Source: the human T2T-CHM13v2.0 reference genome, Homo sapiens
DNA length: 64,000 nucleotides
Reading direction: 5' to 3' (one strand)
Assembly (NCBI RefSeq): GCF_009914755.1
Contig: NC_060935.1
The translations under genes and the position numbers were made by a program. Below, in pieces: positions 1 to 13,399 of this stretch. The notes below the pieces were generated by a model, which worked only from the letters and a program-made list of their open reading frames with translations, was not told where the DNA came from and ran no database searches. Each line of letters starts with the position of its first letter. Positions within the stretch are counted from its first letter, which is position 1.

Positions 1-38
1 CTAGAATCTGCAAGTGGACATTTGGAGGGCTTTGAGGC

Positions 39-55
39 CTGTGGTGGAAAAGGAA
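39..55 (+). promoter_or_regulatory. A-type (pJalpha-box) site of the first A monomer, repeated every 850 bp
   Basis: CTGTGGTGGAAAAGGAA sits at the position homologous to the CENP-B box and is the typical A-type monomer configuration. Confidence 0.7.
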
Positions 56-208
56 AATCTTCACATAAAAACTAGATGGAAGCATTCTCAGAAACTACTT
101 TGTGATGATTGCATTCGACTCACAGAGTTGAACATTCGTATAGATAGAGCAGGTTGTAAACAATCTTTTTGTAGAATCTGCGATTGGAGATTTGGACTGC
201 TTTGAGGC

Positions 209-225
209 CTACTGTAGTAAAGGAA
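209..225 (+). promoter_or_regulatory. Diverged A-type (pJalpha-like) site of the second A monomer, repeated every 850 bp
   Basis: CTACTGTAGTAAAGGAA at the box-homologous position; it lacks both TTCG and CGGG. Confidence 0.6.
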
Positions 226-379
226 ATAACTTCATCTAAAAACCAAACGGAAGCATTCAGAGACAATTCTTAGTGATCATTGGATTGAACTAACAGAGCT
301 GAACATTCCTTTAGATGGCGCAGTTTCCAAACACACTTTCTGTAGAATCTGCAAGTGGATATTTGGACCTCTCTGAGGA

Positions 380-396
380 TTTCGTTGGAAACGGGA
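380..396 (+). promoter_or_regulatory. Canonical CENP-B box 1 of the HOR, repeated every 850 bp
   Basis: TTTCGTTGGAAACGGGA matches the core nTTCGnnnnAnnCGGGn. Confidence 0.95.
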
Positions 397-546
397 TATA
401 CTTCCCAGAACTACACGGAAGTATTCTGATAAACTTCTTTGTGATGGTTGCATTCAACTCACAGAGTTGAACCTTGCTTTCATAGTTCAGCTTTCAAACA
501 CTCTTTTTGTAGAATCTGCAAGTGGATATTTGGACCAATTTGTGGC

Positions 547-563
547 CTTCCTTCGAAACGGGT
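547..563 (+). promoter_or_regulatory. Degenerate CENP-B-like box, predicted non-binding, repeated every 850 bp
   Basis: CTTCCTTCGAAACGGGT has the essential TTCG changed to TTCC while A and CGGG are retained. It is fixed in essentially all copies. Confidence 0.8.
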
Positions 564-717
564 ATATCTTCACATCAAACCTTGACAGAAGCATTCTCAG
601 AATGTTTCCTGTGATGACTGCATTCAACTCACAGAGGTGAACAATCCTGCTGATGCAGCAGTTTTGAAACTCTCTTTCTTTGGATTCTGCAAGTGGATAT
701 GTGGACCTCTGTGAAGA

Positions 718-734
718 TTTCGTTGGAAACGGGT
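718..734 (+). promoter_or_regulatory. Canonical CENP-B box 2 of the HOR, repeated every 850 bp
   Basis: TTTCGTTGGAAACGGGT matches the core. It lies 338 bp after box 1 and 512 bp before the next box 1. Confidence 0.93.
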
Positions 735-1239
735 TCATCTTCACAGAAAAACTAAACAGGAGCATTCTCAGAAACTGCTTTGTGATGTTTGTGTTCCACT
801 TCAAGAATTGAACTTTCCTCTTGACAGAGCAGCTCTGAAACCCTCTTTTTCCAGAATCTGCAAGTGGACATTTGGAGGGCTTTGAGGCCTGTGGTGGAAA
901 AGGAAAATCTTCACATAAAAACTAGATGGAAGCATTCTCAGAAACTACTCTGTGATGATTGCATTCGACTCACAGAGTTGAACATTCCTATAGATAGAGC
1001 AGGTTGTAAACAATCTTTTTGTAGAATCTGGGATTGGAGATTTGGACTGCTTTGAGGCCTACTGTAGTAAAGGAAATAACTTCATCTAAAAACCAAACGG
1101 AAGCATTCACAGACAATTCTTAGTGATCATTGGAATGAACTAACAGAGCTGAACATTCCTTTAGATGGAGCAGTTTCCAAACACACTTTCTGTAGAATCT
1201 GCAAGTGGATATTTGGACCTCTCTGAGGATTTCGTTGGA

Positions 1240-4200
1240 AACGGGATAAATTTCCCAGAACTACACGGAAGCATTCTGAGAAACTTCTTTGTGATGTTTG
1301 CATTCAACTCACAGAGTTGAACCTTGCTTTCATAGTTCAGCTTTCAAACACTCTTTTTGTAGAATCTGCAAGTGGATATTTGGACCACTTTGTGGCCTTC
1401 CTTCGAAACGGGTATATCTTCACATCAAACCTAGACAGAAGCATTCTCAGAATGTTTCCTGTGATGACTGCATTCAACTCACAGAGGTGAACAATCCTGT
1501 TGATGGAGCAGTTTTGAAACTCTCTTTCTTTGGATTCTGCAAGTGGATATGTGGACCTCTGTGTAGATTTCGTTGGAAACGGGTTCATCTTCACAGAAAA
1601 ACTAAACAGGAGCATTCTCAGAAACTGCTTTGTGATGTTTGTGTTCCACTTCAAGAATTGAACTTTCCTCTTGACAGAGGAGCTCTGAAACCCTCTTTTT
1701 CTAGAATCTGCAAGTGGACATTTGGAGGGCTTTGAGGCCTGTGGTGGAAAAGGAAAATCTTCACATAAAAACTAGATGGAAGCATTCTCAGAAACTACTT
1801 TGTGATGATTGCATTCGACTCACAGAGTTGAACATTCCTATAGATAGAGCAGGTTGTAAACAATCTTTTTGTAGAATCTGCGATTGGAGATTTGGACTGC
1901 TTTGAGGCCTACTGTAGTAAAGGAAATAACTTCATCTAAAAACCAAACGGAAGCATTCACAGACAATTCTTAGTGATCATTGGATTGAACAAACAGAGCT
2001 GAACATTCCTTTAGATAGAGCAGTTTCCAAACACACTTTCTGTAGAATCTGCAAGTGGATATTTGGACTTCTCTGAGGATTTCGTTGGAAACGGGATAAA
2101 CTTCCCAGAACTACACGGAAGCATTCTGAGAAACTTCTTTGTGATGTTTGCATTCAACTCACAGAGTTGAACTTTGCTTTCATAGTTCAGCTTTCAAACA
2201 CTCTTTTTGTAGAATCTGCAAGTGGATATTTGGACCACTTTGTGGCCTTCCTTCGAAACGGGTATATCTTCACATCAAAGCTAGACAGAAGCAGTCTCAG
2301 AATGTTTCCTGTGATGACTGCATTCAACTCACAGAGGTGAACAATCCTGTTGATGGAGCAGTTTTGAAACTCTCTTTCTTTGGATTCTGCAAGTGGATAT
2401 GTGGACCTCTGTGAAGATTTCGTTGGAAACGGGTTCATCTTCACAGAAAAACTAAACAGGAGCATTCTCAGAAACTGCTTTGTGATGTTTGTGTTCCACT
2501 TCAAGAATTGAACTTTCCTCTTGACAGAGCAGCTCTGAAACCCTCTTTTTCTAGAATCTGCAAGTGGACATTTGGAGGGCTTTGAGGCCTGTGGTGGAAA
2601 AGGAAAATCTTCACATAAAAACTAGATGGAAGCATTCTCAGAAACTACTTTGTGATGATTGCATTCGACTCACAGAGTTGAACATTCCTATAGGTAGAGC
2701 AGGTTGTAAACAATCTTTTTGTAGAATCTGCGATTGGAGATTTGGACTGCTTTGAGGCCTACTGTAGTAAAGGAAATAACTTCATCTAAAAACCAAACGG
2801 AAGCATTCACAGACAATTCTTAGTGATCATTGGATTGAACTAACAGAGCTGAAAATTCCTTTAGATGGCGCAGTTTCCAAACACACTCTCTGTAGAATCT
2901 GCAAGTGGATATTTGGACCTCTCTGAGGATTTCGTTGGAAACGGGATATACTTCCCAGAACTACACGGAAGTATTCTGATAAACTTCTTTGTGATGGTTG
3001 CATTCAACTCACAGAGTTGAACCTTGCTTTCATAGTTCAGCTTTCAAACACTCTTTTTGTAGAATCTGCAAGTGGATATTTGGACCAATTTGTGGCCTTC
3101 CTTCGAAACGGGTATATCTTCACATCAAACCTTGACAGAAGCATTCTCAGAATGTTTCCTGTGATGACTGCATTCAACTCACAGAGGTGAACAATCCTGC
3201 TGATGCAGCAGTTTTGAAACTCTCTTTCTTTGGATTCTGCAAGTGGATATGTGGACCTCTGTGAAGATTTCGTTGGAAACGGGTTCATCTTCACAGAAAA
3301 ACTAAACAGGAGCATTCTCAGAAACTGCTTTGTGATGTTTGTGTTCCACTTCAAGAATTGAACTTTCCTCTTGACAGAGCAGCTCTGAAACCCTCTTTTT
3401 CTAGAATCTGCAAGTGGACATTTGGAGGGCTTTGAGGCCTGTGGTGGAAAAGGAAAATCTTCACATAAAAACTAGATGGAAGCATTCTCAGAAACTACTC
3501 TGTGATGATTGCATTCGACTCACAGAGTTGAACATTCCTATAGATAGAGCAGGTTGTAAACAATCTTTTTGTAGAATCTGGGATTGGAGATTTGGACTGC
3601 TTTGAGGCCTACTGTAGTAAAGGAAATAACTTCATCTAAAAACCAAACGGAAGCATTCACAGACAATTCTTAGTGATCATTGGAATGAACTAACAGAGCT
3701 GAACATTCCTTTAGATGGAGCAGTTTCCAAACACACTTTCTGTAGAATCTGCAAGTGAATATTTGGACCTCTCTGAGGATTTCGTTGGAAACGGGATAAA
3801 TTTCCCAGAACTACACGGAAGCATTCTGAGAAACTTCTTTGTGATGTTTGCATTCAACTCACAGAGTTGAACCTTGCTTTCATAGTTCAGCTTTCAAACA
3901 CTCTTTTTGTAGAATCTGCAAGTGGATATTTGGACCAGTTTGTGGCCTTCCTTCGAAACGGGTATATCTTCACATCAAACCTAGACAGAAGCATTCTCAG
4001 AATGTTTCCTGTGATGACTGCATTCAACTCACAGAGGTGAACAATCCTGTTGATGGAGCAGTTTTAAAACTCTCTTTCTTTGGATTCTGCAAGTGGATAT
4101 GTGGACCTCTGTGAAGATTTCGTTGGAAACGGGTTCATCTTCACAGAAAAACTAAACAGGAGCATTCTCAGAAACTGCTTTGTGATGTTTGTGTTCCACT

Positions 4201-7200
4201 TCAAGAATTGAACTTTCCTCTTGAGAGAGCAGCTCTGAAACCCTCTTTTTCCAGAATCTGCAAGTGGACATTTGGAGGGCTTTGAGGCCTGTGGTGGAAA
4301 AGGAAAATCTTCACATAAAAACTAGATGGAAGCATTCTCAGAAACTACTCTGTGATGATTGCATTCGACTCACAGAGTTGAACATTCCTATAGATAGAGC
4401 AGGTTGTAAACAATCTTTTTGTAGAATCTGGGATTGGAGATTTGGACTGCTTTGAGGCCTACTGTAGTAAAGGAAATAACTTCATCTAAAAACCAAACGG
4501 AAGCATTCACAGACAATTCTTAGTGATCATTGGAATGAACTAACAGAGCTGAACATTCCTTTAGATGGAGCAGTTTCCAAACACACTTTCTGTAGAATCT
4601 GCAAGTGGATATTTGGACCTCTCTGAGGATTTCGTTGGAAACGGGATAAATTTCCCAGAACTACACGGAAGCATTCTGAGAAACTTCTTTGTGATGTTTG
4701 CATTCAACTCACAGAGTTGAACCTTGCTTTCATAGTTCAGCTTTCAAACACTCTTTTTGTAGAATCTGCAAGTGGATATTTGGACCACTTTGTGGCCTTC
4801 CTTCGAAACGGGTATATCTTCACATCAAACCTAGACAGAAGCATTCTCAGAATGTTTCCTGTGATGACTGCATTCAACTCACAGAGGTGAACAATCCTGT
4901 TGATGGAGCAGTTTTGAAACTCTCTTTCTTTGGATTCTGCAAGTGGATATGTGGACCTCTGGGAAGATTTCGTTGGAAACGGGTTCATCTTCACAGAAAA
5001 ACTAAACAGGAGCATTCTCAGAAACTGCTTTGTGATGTTTGTGTTCCACTTCAAGAATTGAACTTTCCTCTTGACAGAGGAGCTCTGAAACCCTCTTTTT
5101 CTAGAATCTGCAAGTGGACATTTGGAGGGCTTTGAGGCCTGTGGTGGAAAAGGAAAATCTTCACATAAAAACTAGATGGAAGCATTCTCAGAAACTACTC
5201 TGTGATGATTGCATTCGACTCACAGAGTTGAACATTCCTATAGATAGAGCAGGTTGTAAACAATCTTTTTGTAGAATCTGCGATTGGAGATTTGGACTGC
5301 TTTGAGGCCTACTGTAGTAAAGGAAATAACTTCATCTAAAAACGAAACCGAAGTATTCACAGACAATTCTTAGTGATCATTGCATTGAACTAACAGAGCT
5401 GAACATTCCTTTAGATGGCGCAGTTTCCAAACACACTTTCTGTAGAATCTGCAAGTGGATATTTGGACCTCTCTGAGGATTTCGTTGGAAACGGGATAAA
5501 TTTCCCAGAACTACACGGAAGCATTCTGAGAAACTTCTTTGTGATGTTTGCATTCAACTCACAGAGTTGAACCTTGCTTTCATAGTTCAGCTTTCAAACA
5601 CTCTTTTTGTAGAATCTGCAAGTGGATATTTGGACCACTTTGTGGCCTTCCTTCGAAACGGGTATATCTTCACATCAAACCTAGACAGAAGCATTCTCAG
5701 AATGTTTCCTGTGATGACTGCATTCAACTCACAGAGGTGAACAATCCTGTTGATGGAGCAGTTTTGAAACTCTCTTTGTTTGGATTCTGCAAGTGGATAT
5801 GTGGACCTCTGTGTAGATTTCGTTGGAAACGGGTTCATCTTCACAGAAAAACTAAACAGGAGCATTCTCAGAAACTGCTTTGTGATGTTTGTGTTCCACT
5901 TCAAGAATTGAACTTTCCTCTTGACAGAGGAGCTCTGAAACCCTCTTTTTCTAGAATCTGCAAGTGGACATTTGGAGGGCTTTGAGGCCTGTGGTGGAAA
6001 AGGAAAATCTTCACATAAAAACTAGATGGAAGCATTCTCAGAAACTACTTTGTGATGATTGCATTCGACTCACAGAGTTGAACATTCCTATAGATAGAGC
6101 AGGTTGTAAACAATCTTTTTGTAGAATCTGCGATTGGAGATTTGGACTGCTTTGAGGCCTACTGTAGTAAAGGAAATAACTTCATCTAAAAACCAAACGG
6201 AAGCATTCACAGACAATTCTTAGTGATCATTGGATTGAACAAACAGAGCTGAACATTCCTTTAGATAGAGCAGTTTCCAAACACACTTTCTGTAGAATCT
6301 GCAAGTGGATATTTGGACTTCTCTGAGGATTTCGTTGGAAACGGGATAAACTTCCCAGAACTACACGGAAGCATTCTGAGAAACTTCTTTGTGATGTTTG
6401 CATTCAACTCACAGAGTTGAACCTTGCTTTCATAGTTCAGCTTTCAAACACTCTTTTTGTAGAATCTGCAAGTGGATATTTGGACCACTTTGTGGCCTTC
6501 CTTCGAAACGGGTATATCTTCACATCAAAGCTAGACAGAAGCAGTCTCAGAATGTTTCCTGTGATGACTGCATTCAACTCACAGAGGTGAACAATCCTGT
6601 TGATGGAGCAGTTTTGAAACTCTCTTTCTTTGGATTCTGCAAGTGGATATGTGGACCTCTGTGAAGATTTCGTTGGAAACGGGTTCATCTTCACAGAAAA
6701 ACTAAACAGGAGCATTCTCAGAAACTGCTTTGTGATGTTTGTGTTCCACTTCAAGAATTGAACTTTCCTCTTGACAGAGCAGCTCTGAAACCCTCTTTTT
6801 CTAGAATCTGCAAGTGGACATTTGGAGGGCTTTGAGGCCTGTGGTGGAAAAGGAAAATCTTCACATAAAAACTAGATGGAAGCATTCTCAGAAACTACTT
6901 TGTGATGATTGCATTCGACTCACAGAGTTGAACATTCCTATAGGTAGAGCAGGTTGTAAACAATCTTTTTGTAGAATCTGCGATTGGAGATTTGGACTGC
7001 TTTGAGGCCTACTGTAGTAAAGGAAATAACTTCATCTAAAAACCAAACGGAAGCATTCACAGACAATTCTTAGTGATCATTGGATTGAACTAACAGAGCT
7101 GAAAATTCCTTTAGATGGCGCAGTTTCCAAACACACTCTCTGTAGAATCTGCAAGTGGATATTTGGACCTCTCTGAGGATTTCGTTGGAAACGGGATATA

Positions 7201-9740
7201 CTTCCCAGAACTACACGGAAGTATTCTGATAAACTTCTTTGTGATGGTTGCATTCAACTCACAGAGTTGAACCTTGCTTTCATAGTTCAGCTTTCAAACA
7301 CTCTTTTTGTAGAATCTGCAAGTGGATATTTGGACCAATTTGTGGCCTTCCTTCGAAACGGGTATATCTTCACATCAAACCTTGACAGAAGCATTCTCAG
7401 AATGTTTCCTGTGATGACTGCATTCAACTCACAGAGGTGAACAATCCTGCTGATGCAGCAGTTTTGAAACTCTCTTTCTTTGGATTCTGCAAGTGGATAT
7501 GTGGACCTCTGTGAAGATTTCGTTGGAAACGGGTTCATCTTCACAGAAAAACTAAACAGGAGCATTCTCAGAAACTGCTTTGTGATGTTTGTGTTCCACT
7601 TCAAGAATTGAACTTTCCTCTTGACAGAGCAGCTCTGAAACCCTCTTTTTCTAGAATCTGCAAGTGGACATTTGGAGGGCTTTGAGGCCTGTGGTGGAAA
7701 AGGAAAATCTTCACATAAAAACTAGATGGAAGCATTCTCAGAAACTACTCTGTGATGATTGCATTCGACTCACAGAGTTGAACATTCCTATAGATAGAGC
7801 AGGTTGTAAACAATCTTTTTGTAGAATCTGGGATTGGAGATTTGGACTGCTTTGAGGCCTACTGTAGTAAAGGAAATAACTTCATCTAAAAACCAAACGG
7901 AAGCATTCACAGACAATTCTTAGTGATCATTGGAATGAACTAACAGAGCTGAACATTCCTTTAGATGGAGCAGTTTCCAAACACACTTTCTGTAGAATCT
8001 GCAAGTGAATATTTGGACCTCTCTGAGGATTTCGTTGGAAACGGGATAAATTTCCCAGAACTACACGGAAGCATTCTGAGAAACTTCTTTGTGATGTTTG
8101 CATTCAACTCACAGAGTTGAACCTTGCTTTCATAGTTCAGCTTTCAAACACTCTTTTTGTAGAATCTGCAAGTGGATATTTGGACCAGTTTGTGGCCTTC
8201 CTTCGAAACGGGTATATCTTCACATCAAACCTAGACAGAAGCATTCTCAGAATGTTTCCTGTGATGACTGCATTCAACTCACAGAGGTGAACAATCCTGT
8301 TGATGGAGCAGTTTTAAAACTCTCTTTCTTTGGATTCTGCAAGTGGATATGTGGACCTCTGTGAAGATTTCGTTGGAAACGGGTTCATCTTCACAGAAAA
8401 ACTAAACAGGAGCATTCTCAGAAACTGCTTTGTGATGTTTGTGTTCCACTTCAAGAATTGAACTTTCCTCTTGAGAGAGCAGCTCTGAAACCCTCTTTTT
8501 CCAGAATCTGCAAGTGGACATTTGGAGGGCTTTGAGGCCTGTGGTGGAAAAGGAAAATCTTCACATAAAAACTAGATGGAAGCATTCTCAGAAACTACTC
8601 TGTGATGATTGCATTCGACTCACAGAGTTGAACATTCCTATAGATAGAGCAGGTTGTAAACAATCTTTTTGTAGAATCTGGGATTGGAGATTTGGACTGC
8701 TTTGAGGCCTACTGTAGTAAAGGAAATAACTTCATCTAAAAACCAAACGGAAGCATTCACAGACAATTCTTAGTGATCATTGGAATGAACTAACAGAGCT
8801 GAACATTCCTTTAGATGGAGCAGTTTCCAAACACACTTTCTGTAGAATCTGCAAGTGGATATTTGGACCTCTCTGAGGATTTCGTTGGAAACGGGATAAA
8901 TTTCCCAGAACTACACGGAAGCATTCTGAGAAACTTCTTTGTGATGTTTGCATTCAACTCACAGAGTTGAACCTTGCTTTCATAGTTCAGCTTTCAAACA
9001 CTCTTTTTGTAGAATCTGCAAGTGGATATTTGGACCACTTTGTGGCCTTCCTTCGAAACGGGTATATCTTCACATCAAACCTAGACAGAAGCATTCTCAG
9101 AATGTTTCCTGTGATGACTGCATTCAACTCACAGAGGTGAACAATCCTGTTGATGGAGCAGTTTTGAAACTCTCTTTCTTTGGATTCTGCAAGTGGATAT
9201 GTGGACCTCTGGGAAGATTTCGTTGGAAACGGGTTCATCTTCACAGAAAAACTAAACAGGAGCATTCTCAGAAACTGCTTTGTGATGTTTGTGTTCCACT
9301 TCAAGAATTGAACTTTCCTCTTGACAGAGGAGCTCTGAAACCCTCTTTTTCTAGAATCTGCAAGTGGACATTTGGAGGGCTTTGAGGCCTGTGGTGGAAA
9401 AGGAAAATCTTCACATAAAAACTAGATGGAAGCATTCTCAGAAACTACTCTGTGATGATTGCATTCGACTCACAGAGTTGAACATTCCTATAGATAGAGC
9501 AGGTTGTAAACAATCTTTTTGTAGAATCTGCGATTGGAGATTTGGACTGCTTTGAGGCCTACTGTAGTAAAGGAAATAACTTCATCTAAAAACGAAACCG
9601 AAGTATTCACAGACAATTCTTAGTGATCATTGCATTGAACTAACAGAGCTGAACATTCCTTTAGATGGCGCAGTTTCCAAACACACTTTCTGTAGAATCT
9701 GCAAGTGGATATTTGGACCTCTCTGAGGATTTCGTTGGAA
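1240..9740 (+). repeat. Tandem duplication of a 5-HOR block (period 4250 bp)
   Basis: Private variants recur at +4250: gtgtagattt 1561/5811, gcagtctcag 2291/6541, taggtagagc 2691/6941, gcaagtgaat 3751/8001, gggaagattt 4961/9211, aacgaaaccg 5341/9591. Confidence 0.9.
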
Positions 9741-12700
9741 TCGGGATAAACTTCCCAGAACTACACGGAAGCATTCTGAGAAACTTCTTTGTGATGTTTG
9801 CATTCAACTCACAGAGTTGAACCTTGCTTTCATAGTTCAGCTTTCAAACACTCTTTTTGTAGAATCTGCAAGTGGATATTTGGACCACTTTGTGGCCTTC
9901 CTTCGAAACGGGTATATCTTCACATCAAACCTAGACAGAAGCATTCTCAGAATGTTCCTGTGATGACTGCATTCAACTCACAGTAGTGAACAATCCTGTT
10001 GATGGAGCCGTTTTGAAACTCCCTTTCTTTTGATTCTGCAAGTGGATATGTGGACCTCTGTGAAGATTTCGTTGGAAACGGGTTCATCTTCACAGAAAAA
10101 TTAACAGGAGCATTCTCAGAAACTGCTTTGTGATGTTTGTGTTCCACTTCAAGAATTGAACTTTCCTCTTGACAGAGCAGCTGTGAAACCCTCTTTTTCT
10201 AGAATCTGCAAGTGGACATTTGGAGGGCTTTGAGGCCTGTGTTGGAAAAGGAAAATCTTCCCATAAAAACTAGATGGAAGCATTCTCAGAAACTACTTTG
10301 TGATGATTGCATTCGACTCACAGAGTTGAACATTCCTATAGATAGAGCAGGTTGTAAACAATCTTTTTGTAGAATCTGCGATTGGAGATTTGGACTGCTT
10401 TGAGGCCTACTGTAGTAAAGGAAATAACTTCATCTAAAAACCAAACGGAAGCATTCACAGACAATTCTTAGTGATCATTGGATTGAACAAACAGAGCTGA
10501 ACATTCCTTTAGATAGAGCAGTTTCCAAACACACTTTCTGTAGAATCTGCAAGTGGATATTTGGACTTCTCTGAGGATTTCGTTGGAAACGGGATAAACT
10601 TCCCAGAACTACACGGAAGCATTCTGAGAAACTTCTTTGTGATGTTTGCATTCAACTCACAGAGTTGAACCTTGCTTTCATAGTTCAGCTTTCAAACACT
10701 CTTTTTGTAGAATCTGCAAGTGGATATTTGGACAACTTTGTGGCCTTCCTTCGAAACGGTTATATCTTCACATCAAAGCTAGACAGAAGCAGTCTCAGAA
10801 TGTTTCCTGTGATGACTGCATTCAACTCACAGAGGTGAACAATCCTGTTGATGGAGCAGTTTTGAAACTCTCTTTCTTTGGATTCTGCAAGTGGATATGT
10901 GGACCTCTGTGAAGATTTCGTTGGAAACGGGTTCATCTTCACAGAAAAACTAAACAGGAGCATTCTCAGAAACTGCTTTGTGATGTTTGTGTTCCACTTC
11001 AAGAAATGAACTTTCCTCTTGACAGAGCAGCTCTGAAACCCTCTTTTTCTAGAATCTGCAAGTGGACATTTGGAGGGCTTTGAGGCCTGTGGTGGAAAAG
11101 GAAAATCTTCACATAAAAACTGGATGGAAGCATTCTCAGAAACTACTCTGTGATGATTGCATTCGACTCACAGAGTTGAACATTCCTATAGATAGAGCAG
11201 GTTGTAAACAATCTTTTTGTAGAATCTGGGATTGGAGATTTGGACTGCTTTGAGGCCTACTGTAGTAAAGGAAATAACTTCATCTAAAAACCAAACGGAA
11301 GCATTCACAGACAATTCTTAGTGATCATTGGAATGAACTAACAGAGCTGAACATTCCTTTAGATGGAGCAGTTTCCAAACACACTTTCTGTAGAATCTGC
11401 AAGTGGATATTTGGACCTCTCTGAGGATTTCGTTGGAAACGGGATAAATTTCCCAGAACTACACGGAAGCATTCTGAGAAACTTCTTTGTGATGTTTGCA
11501 TTCAACTCACAGAGTTGAACCTTGCTTTCATAGTTCAGCTTTCAAACACTCTTTTTGTAGAATCTGCAAGTGGATATTTGGACCACTTTGTGGCCTTCCT
11601 TCGAAACGGGTATATCTTCACATCAAACCTAGACAGAAGCATTCTCAGAATGTTTCCTGTGATGACTGCATTCAACTCACAGAGGTGAACAATCCTGTTG
11701 ATGGAGCAGTTTTGAAACTCTCTTTCTTTGGATTCTGCAAGTGGATATGTGGACCTCTGTGAAGATTTCGTTGGAAACGGGTTCATCTTCACAGAAAAAC
11801 TAAACAGGAGCATTCTCAGAAACTGCTTTGTGATGTTTGTGTTCCACTTCAAGAATTGAACTTTCCTCTTGACAGAGCAGCTCTGAAACCCTCTTTTTCC
11901 AGAATCTGCAAGTGGACATTTGGAGGGCTTTGAGGCCTGTGGTGGAAAAGGAAAATCTTCACATAAAAACTAGATGGAAGCATTCTCAGAAACTACTCTG
12001 TGATGATTGCATTCGACTCACAGAGTTGAACATTCCTATAGATAGAGCAGGTTGTAAACAATCTTTTTGTAGAATCTGGGATTGGAGATTTGGACTGCTT
12101 TGAGGCCTACTGTAGTAAAGGAAATAACTTCATCTAAAAACCAAACGGAAGCATTCACAGAGAATTCTTAGTGATCATTGGAATGAACTAACAGAGCTGA
12201 ACATTCCTTTAGATGGAGCAGTTTCCAAACACACTTTCTGTAGAATCTGCAAGTGGATATTTGGACCTCTCTGAGGATTTCGTTGGAAACGGGATAAATT
12301 TCCCAGAACTACACGGAAGCATTCTGAGAAACTTCTTTGTGATGTTTGCATTCAACTCACAGAGTTGAACCTTGCTTTCATAGTTCAGCTTTCAAACACT
12401 CTTTTTGTAGAATCTGCAAGTGGATATTTGGACCACTTTGTTGCCTTCCTTCGAAACGGGTATATCTTCACATCAAACCTAGACAGAAGCATTCTCAGAA
12501 TGTTTCCTGTGATGACTGCATTCAACTCACAGAGGTGAACAATCCTGTTGATGGAGCAGTTTTGAAACTCTCTTTCTTTGGATTCTGCAAGTGGATATGT
12601 GGACCTCTGTGAAGATTTCGTTGGAAACGGGTTCATCTTCACAGAAAAACTAAACAGGAGCATTCTCAGAAACTGCTTTGTGATGTTTGTGTTCCACTTC

Positions 12701-13399
12701 AGGAATTGAACTTTCCTCTTGACAGAGGAGCTCTGAAACCCTCTTTTTCTAGAATCTGCAAGTGGACATTTGGAGGGCTTTGAGGCCTGTGGTGGAAAAG
12801 GAAAATCTTCACATAAAAACTAGATGGAAGCATTCTCAGAAACTACTCTGTGATGATTGCATTCGACTCACAGAGTTGAACATTCCTATAGATAGAGCAG
12901 GTTGTAAACAATCTTTTTGTAGAATCTGCGATTGGAGATTTGGACTGCTTTGAGGCCTACTGTAGTAAAGGAAATAACTTCATCTAAAAACGAAACGGAA
13001 GCATTCACAGACAATTCTTAGTGATCATTGCATTGAACTAACAGAGCTGAACATTCCTTTAGATGGCGCAGTTTCCAAACACACTTTCTTTAGAATCTGC
13101 AAGTGGATATTTGGACCTCTGTGAGGATTTCGTTGGAAACGGGATAAACTTCCCAGAACTACACGGAAGCATTCTGAGAAAATTCTTTGTGATGTTTGCA
13201 TTCAACTCACAGAGTTGAACCTTGCTTTCATAGTTCAGCTTTCAAACACTGTTTTTGTAGAATCTGGAAGTGGATATTTGGACCACTTTGTGGCCTTCCT
13301 TCGAAACGGGTATATCTTCACATCAAACCTAGACAGAAGCATTCTCAGAATGTTTCCTGTGATGACTGCATTCAACTCACAGAGGTGAACAATCCTGTT

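Larger units (their letters stand above)
1..850 (+). repeat. Representative HOR unit of five diverged alpha satellite monomers
   Basis: The anchor GAATCTG/GATTCTG lies at 4, 174, 345, 512, 683 and 854, giving monomer spacings of 170, 171, 167, 171 and 171 bp (sum 850). Monomers within a unit are clearly diverged, while the same monomer in neighbouring units is nearly identical. Confidence 0.95.

Noticed and set aside
270-560. Short palindromes (TGATCA, TTCGAA) as possible hairpin or regulatory elements
   Set aside because: They are only 6-8 bp and are expected by chance; no extended inverted repeat was seen.
9730-9746. Variant CENP-B box TTTCGTTGGAATCGGGA (similarly TTTCGTTTGAAACGGG near 16864)
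   Set aside because: The changes fall at non-essential positions of the core, so they were not counted as broken boxes.
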